IMG/VR virus record: IMGVR_UViG_3300045988_059940
Location: 1 to 64,000 of that record
Source of the DNA: a virus
DNA length: 64,000 nt
Direction: 5' to 3' (one strand)
Positions 60,820 through 64,000 of this stretch are shown piece after piece; within the stretch, counting starts at the first letter, position 1; each line of letters starts with the position of its first letter. The notes beneath the pieces are model-generated. The model saw only the letters and a list, made by a program, of their open reading frames with translations, did no database searches and had not been told where the DNA came from. The position numbers and the translations under genes are program-made.

Positions 60820-60976
60820 TTATGACGCTGTTTAAAGACTCACACGTCAACGTCTATGAGAAATCGTATTTTTACGTACTAATGGTGAATAATAGCACGG
60901 TGCGGAGGTCGTTATAGTCAGACCGCCATGACTTTGTAAAATTATGCCTAAACAAAATAAAAATATTTTATTATAG

Positions 60977-61049
60977 TTGCGGAGGATGGATTCGAACCAC
61001 CGACCTCACAGGTTATGAGCCTGGCTATCTACCTCTGATATACTCCGCG
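60977..61049 (-). tRNA. tRNA-Met (anticodon CAU), initiator-like C1xA72
   Basis: CGCGGAG UA UAUC-AGAGGUA-GAUA G CCAGG CU-CAU-AA CCUGU GAGGUC GGUGG UUCGAAU CCAUC CUCCGCA A. Clean cloverleaf. The first acceptor pair is a C-A mismatch. A lysidine-modified Ile reading cannot be excluded. Confidence 0.8.
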
Positions 61050-61144
61050 ATATGTGCAGTTTTATAGATGCTGCACTCATCTTAATTATTTTTCCTATTA
61101 AATATGAAACAATTGATTTGTTATAATTTTAAACTTTTTAACAA

Positions 61145-61234
61145 TCCCTAGAATACGAGTCGAACGTACATCTTCAATAAACATTGGCATGCATATTTAT
61201 TGTTGTGCTAATTTACCAATTACACCACCTAGGG
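61145..61234 (-). tRNA. Atypical tRNA-like gene (90 nt); acceptor, D and T arms canonical, anticodon arm aberrant; anticodon unassignable
   Basis: CCCUAGG ... UCUAGGG acceptor stem (7 bp), D region with GG (GUGU-AAUUGGUAAAUUA-GCAC), and T arm GUACG-UUCGACU-CGUAU. Between them lies a 7-bp stem CAAUAAA/UUUAUUG closing a 14-nt loop UAUGCAUGCCAAUG, in place of a 5-bp stem with a 7-nt loop. Confidence 0.5.
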
Positions 61235-61281
61235 AGGGGGTAAGCCGTTGTTTAAGTCTACGGCTTAAAGACTTATATGTT

Positions 61282-61629
61282 TTAGTTGTTACATGATTGT
61301 GTACAACAGGCATCCGATTCTTTTGCTTTCTTACGCATTTGCATTCGTGCGTTAACAGTGTTTGTTATGTATTCGGCCATTTGATTTCCATTGGTAATGT
61401 CTATTACATCATCGTTGTGCGTAATAAGTATGATTGTACCACTTTTGAAGATTTTATGTTCAGTTACAAAGTCATCGTCATTACGAACGATATTAGTTAT
61501 GTCACTGTCTTCTTCTAGTTTATAGAGTTGACCAAGTGCCCCGCAATATATATCACCGCTTGCACTTCGCAAATATCCACTTTCTTTATCGTGATACTTC
61601 AAATAACCGTCTATTACTATATACTTCAT
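61282..61629 (-). CDS. Hypothetical protein, 115 aa
   Basis: Intact ATG..TAA ORF with no TAG. Its stop is 2 nt from the upstream gene and it is followed by the hairpin at 61242-61266. Confidence 0.6.
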   Translation of the reverse strand: MKYIVIDGYLKYHDKESGYLRSASGDIYCGALGQLYKLEEDSDITNIVRNDDDFVTEHKIFKSGTIILITHNDDVIDITNGNQMAEYITNTVNARMQMRKKAKESDACCTQSCNN

Positions 61630-61631
61630 AA

Positions 61632-61925
61632 TTACTTATTGTTAGTCAACCAATTCCAAAAACGCTTTACAACATTCTGCTTCTTTTCAACAGGCTTAGT
61701 TTCAACGCTAAGCATTGTAACAGCTTCACCGTATTGGAAACCTTCATCAAAGCCACTATTGTAACCTTCCACACCACACTCTTGTACAGCATAGTCATAA
61801 TCATAAATAGAGATTGGCAGTTTAGCTTTACACTTAGCTTGATTCATCCTATGTATCCAAGCTTCTGGTTTAGTGACATCAACTACATCAACTACAAATG
61901 CGGGCTTATTTACTTTCTTTGCCAT
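61632..61925 (-). CDS. Hypothetical protein, 97 aa
   Basis: Intact ATG..TAA ORF with no TAG. Confidence 0.6.
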   Translation of the reverse strand: MAKKVNKPAFVVDVVDVTKPEAWIHRMNQAKCKAKLPISIYDYDYAVQECGVEGYNSGFDEGFQYGEAVTMLSVETKPVEKKQNVVKRFWNWLTNNK

Positions 61926-62121
61926 TTTGTATTAGCTTTAAAAATTTATTTTTTAGTTTAAACTTAAACAATCCATGAAACAATATTGCCAATGTATTAT
62001 CATCATCTTTCATCTTCTTTTCTGTAAAGTTAAAAGGATGTCTACATACAGCTGTAACAGATTGTTCATCATAACCAGTTTCTTTTTGAACTTCTTTTAT
62101 TATCTATTCTAATGTTATCAT
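61906..62121 (-). CDS. Possible small ORF, 71 codons, containing one in-frame TAG
   Basis: ATG 62119-62121 overlaps the TGA of the upstream gene (ATGA at 62118-62121). TAG at 62104-62106 (codon 6). TAA at 61906-61908, overlapping the next gene by 20 nt. It is missing from the ORF track because of the TAG and fills an otherwise empty 190-nt gap. Confidence 0.35.
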
Positions 62122-62510
62122 TTCTGAATAGCGATGATTCCGAATCTAGAAATAAGAACTGAATCTTTCAACCAATCGAACGTTTGAGCTAAGCCTGGCT
62201 TAAATACAATTACATTTCCAACTTGTATATCTTCTCTGCGATTTGTATCAGCTTTGTAAGTCATAGGAACTTTAATTACTACGCCTTTTGCGTAATCTGA
62301 ATCAACCTCCTTAACCTCAGTCTCAACCTTATCGTAATCAATTACGTCGCCGTCTTTCTGTTTCTTTGACGGAATTGGTTTACTAAATTCTTTCTTTACT
62401 TTAATTGGGTCTAGCTTTTTTACTAGAAACAAATCGGTAAATTCGTAATCAATCTTAGCAGCAATATCTTCTGCTAACTTTGTTTGGTCTATAATCTTTT
62501 TGTCTTCCAT
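62118..62510 (-). CDS. Hypothetical protein, 130 aa
   Basis: Intact ORF. ATG 62508-62510 overlaps the upstream TAA (TAATG); TGA stop; no TAG. Confidence 0.6.
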   Translation of the reverse strand: MEDKKIIDQTKLAEDIAAKIDYEFTDLFLVKKLDPIKVKKEFSKPIPSKKQKDGDVIDYDKVETEVKEVDSDYAKGVVIKVPMTYKADTNRREDIQVGNVIVFKPGLAQTFDWLKDSVLISRFGIIAIQK

Positions 62511-62920
62511 TACTTCTTCAAAGATTTAAGATACATCAAAAGGTCGATGTTACTTTCGATAACGTTTGAATGTTCTTTTTGTAACCAACTCGGTTTGTCT
62601 TCGTTGGCATTAACAAACTTCTTAGCCTCTTCTTGGAACTCTTCAAGTAGGTTGTCAATTTCATCAAAGACATTTACGAATGATGAAGATTTCTTTTCTT
62701 TCTCTTCTTCAACGTAGGCAAATGTACCAAGCTCAACAAGCTCTTTTGCTTTACTTGCGCCAATCTTGAAAACGAAATCGAATGTAGATTGTAACCCTGT
62801 CTCTGAATTTACACCCTTGTGTACTTCAAGTAAATACATCTTACCGTCATCTGATAACGTAAGCGTATCTCCAACTTCAAGTCCGTAGAACGGAGAAATT
62901 ACTTTAATTTTCTTTGTCAT
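62510..62920 (-). CDS. Hypothetical protein, 136 aa (152 if the GTG at 62966-62968 is used)
   Basis: The ORF track start is a non-ATG codon. The first ATG is at 62918-62920, preceded by an A-rich leader. TAA at 62510-62512. No TAG. Confidence 0.55.
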   Translation of the reverse strand: MTKKIKVISPFYGLEVGDTLTLSDDGKMYLLEVHKGVNSETGLQSTFDFVFKIGASKAKELVELGTFAYVEEEKEKKSSSFVNVFDEIDNLLEEFQEEAKKFVNANEDKPSWLQKEHSNVIESNIDLLMYLKSLKK

Positions 62921-63031
62921 GCTTTTTATTTTTGCAAATTTGACCCCATAACGTAAATTTTCATACACTTGGTTGCAAAATGAAAAATATTTTGTTAAAT
63001 ATGCAACTTTTTCAAGTTTTTTACGTTATAA

Positions 63032-63067
63032 GGGAGAGAAGGGGGGATTATAGGGGGGTTAAGAGGG
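63032..63067 (+). other. G-quadruplex-capable G-tract block
   Basis: GGG-AGAGAA-GGGGGG-ATTATA-GGGGGG-TTAAGA-GGG: four G runs of at least 3 with 6-nt loops, in an otherwise very AT-rich genome. Confidence 0.5.
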
Positions 63068-63079
63068 ATTAGAGGAGTA

Positions 63080-63112
63080 TATATAGATTATATAGATATA
63101 TACTATATAGAA
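63080..63112 (+). repeat. Short AT-rich direct repeats (iteron-like)
   Basis: TATATAGAT occurs twice in tandem (63080-63088, 63089-63097), with a third copy TATATAGAA at 63104-63112. ACATATAAAC recurs at 63112-63121 and 63162-63171. TACTATATA recurs at 63101-63109 and 63136-63144. Confidence 0.55.
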
Positions 63113-63183
63113 CATATAAACAGTATTATTCATAATACTATATAACATATACTATCATAAGACATATAAACTATACTATTTGT

Positions 63184-63588
63184 ATGAATAATAAATCTAT
63201 AATAGATACTTATCGTACTATCTATGATATAGACTTAGTAATAGCTAATCAATATACTACATTAGAGAAGTTAAGAAGATTATACAAGTATGAAGATAAT
63301 AGTAATCTTGTTGAAGATACTATGATTGGATTAGCTACTACTTCTCTTGTTGTAAATAAGAAAACTAATCGTAAGTCTGTTTTAGTTAAAATAAATAAAC
63401 TAAAAATACCGAAATATACAGATAAAAAGTTGGAGTTAGTAAACATAGCTGCACATGAAGAAATGCATGTACTATGTGATATATACAGCCGTGTAGGTGC
63501 AGAAGTAGTTTTTAATAATCAAGAACCGTCGGCTTATTTCTTAGGGTGGATTACTCAAAATATTTATAAAACCATGATTTCCAAATGA
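63184..63588 (+). CDS. Small HExxH protein (ImmA/IrrE-like metallopeptidase motif), 134 aa
   Basis: ATG at 63184; TGA at 63586-63588. IAAHEEMHVLCDIY followed 16 residues later by EPSAYFLGW, which resembles the HExxH...E..A.(F) pattern of M78/COG2856 peptidases (recollection). Confidence 0.5.
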   Translation: MNNKSIIDTYRTIYDIDLVIANQYTTLEKLRRLYKYEDNSNLVEDTMIGLATTSLVVNKKTNRKSVLVKINKLKIPKYTDKKLELVNIAAHEEMHVLCDIYSRVGAEVVFNNQEPSAYFLGWITQNIYKTMISK

Positions 63589-63923
63589 ATGACATAGAAT
63601 TAAATGCAATATTATACTACGCTGATTTTCTATCTTTGAAGACTTTAAATAAGCCAATTACTCATACGTGCAAGTACTTTTTTATCCACGGTACGCCATT
63701 AAATGCTACGTATATTGCTACTGGTACACTACAATATGAAGAAGATAATCCATTCTTCTTACAGGCTAGAAAAGAATACGAAACAATTAAAGATAAGTTT
63801 GGTTTAGAGGGTGTAGAAAGCTTCTTAGAAGATATATCTTATCTACGTGCAAGAGGAGCTGTTGATGCTAAACAGATGCTTAGATGTATACATCAATACA
63901 GCACTAGGATAGAAAGAAAGTAG
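63585..63923 (+). CDS. Panacea/DUF4065-like protein, 112 aa to the TAG at 63921 (frame stays open to the window end)
   Basis: ATGA overlap with the upstream gene. The N-terminal LNAILYYADFLSLKTLNKPITHTCKYFFIHGTP resembles the L.KLLYYAD......G.PIT...Y.A...GP core of DUF4065 (recollection). It ends at TAG 63921-63923, after which 25 further sense codons run to position 64000. Confidence 0.4.
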   Translation: MNDIELNAILYYADFLSLKTLNKPITHTCKYFFIHGTPLNATYIATGTLQYEEDNPFFLQARKEYETIKDKFGLEGVESFLEDISYLRARGAVDAKQMLRCIHQYSTRIERK

Positions 63924-64000
63924 GCCTTTACTAGCTATTACAAGTGGTTAGATGAACAGAAATATACACACATTGTACTCGACGATGATGGAAAAGAAGT

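Larger units (their letters stand above)
62969..63183. promoter_or_regulatory. Divergent intergenic control region (promoters/operators or origin-like repeats)
   Basis: This is the only sizeable non-coding gap between oppositely oriented genes. It contains a nested palindrome at 62972-63007, a G-tract block at 63032-63067, and AT-rich direct repeats at 63078-63180. I could not place a clean promoter consensus. Confidence 0.4.

Noticed and set aside
60841-60960. The spacer between tRNA-Sup and tRNA-Met contains GGCGGUCUGACUAUAACGACCUCCGC, reminiscent of the suppressor's anticodon arm (GGCGGUCU...), so it might be a fourth tRNA or a remnant.
   Set aside because: There is no T arm (no GTTCRA-type loop) and no acceptor pairing. 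The D-like and anticodon-like pieces are in the wrong order. At most it is a weak 4-bp hairpin.
1-64000. I looked for CRISPR arrays, integrase/transposase or IS elements, reverse transcriptase/DGR template-variable repeats near the fibre genes, inteins and rRNA.
   Set aside because: I saw no regularly spaced direct repeats, no recombinase- or RT-like motifs (YxDD, tyrosine or serine recombinase signatures), no long internal near-identical repeat pairs, and no extein-like interruptions other than the TerL intron. The absence is from reading only, not from searches.

Overview
This window reads as a contiguous piece of a crAss-like (Crassvirales-type) phage genome. It is AT-rich and almost entirely transcribed on the minus strand. 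Positions 60029 down to 1 form a late/structural block. In transcription order it holds three tail-fibre-like genes, a split large terminase, portal, a scaffold-like gene, major capsid, connector-region genes, a lysis-like cassette, and then very large virion/ejected proteins. One of those is a single 16.5-kb ORF carrying a DxDxD RNA-polymerase motif. The six-frame track shatters this block into many fragments. Every break I checked is a TAG, consecutive fragments stay in frame, and I found no in-frame TAA/TGA inside the merged genes (about 236 in-frame TAGs by hand count). The merged genes end in TAA/TGA and abut or overlap each other, so TAG is a sense codon here. Immediately upstream (60732-61234) is a three-gene tRNA cluster that includes a CUA-anticodon (amber suppressor) tRNA with a long extra arm. 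Beyond it lie genes without internal TAG (dUTPase and small ORFs), so the genetic-code switch maps to about 60.03-60.15 kb. TerL is interrupted by a 239-nt group-I-like intervening sequence (45130-45368). A repeat- and G-tract-rich divergent intergenic region (62969-63183) and two plus-strand genes (an HExxH protein and a Panacea/DUF4065-like protein) close the window. Functions other than TerL, portal, MCP, dUTPase and the tRNAs are tentative. All coordinates come from manual reading, and family assignments are recollection rather than searches.
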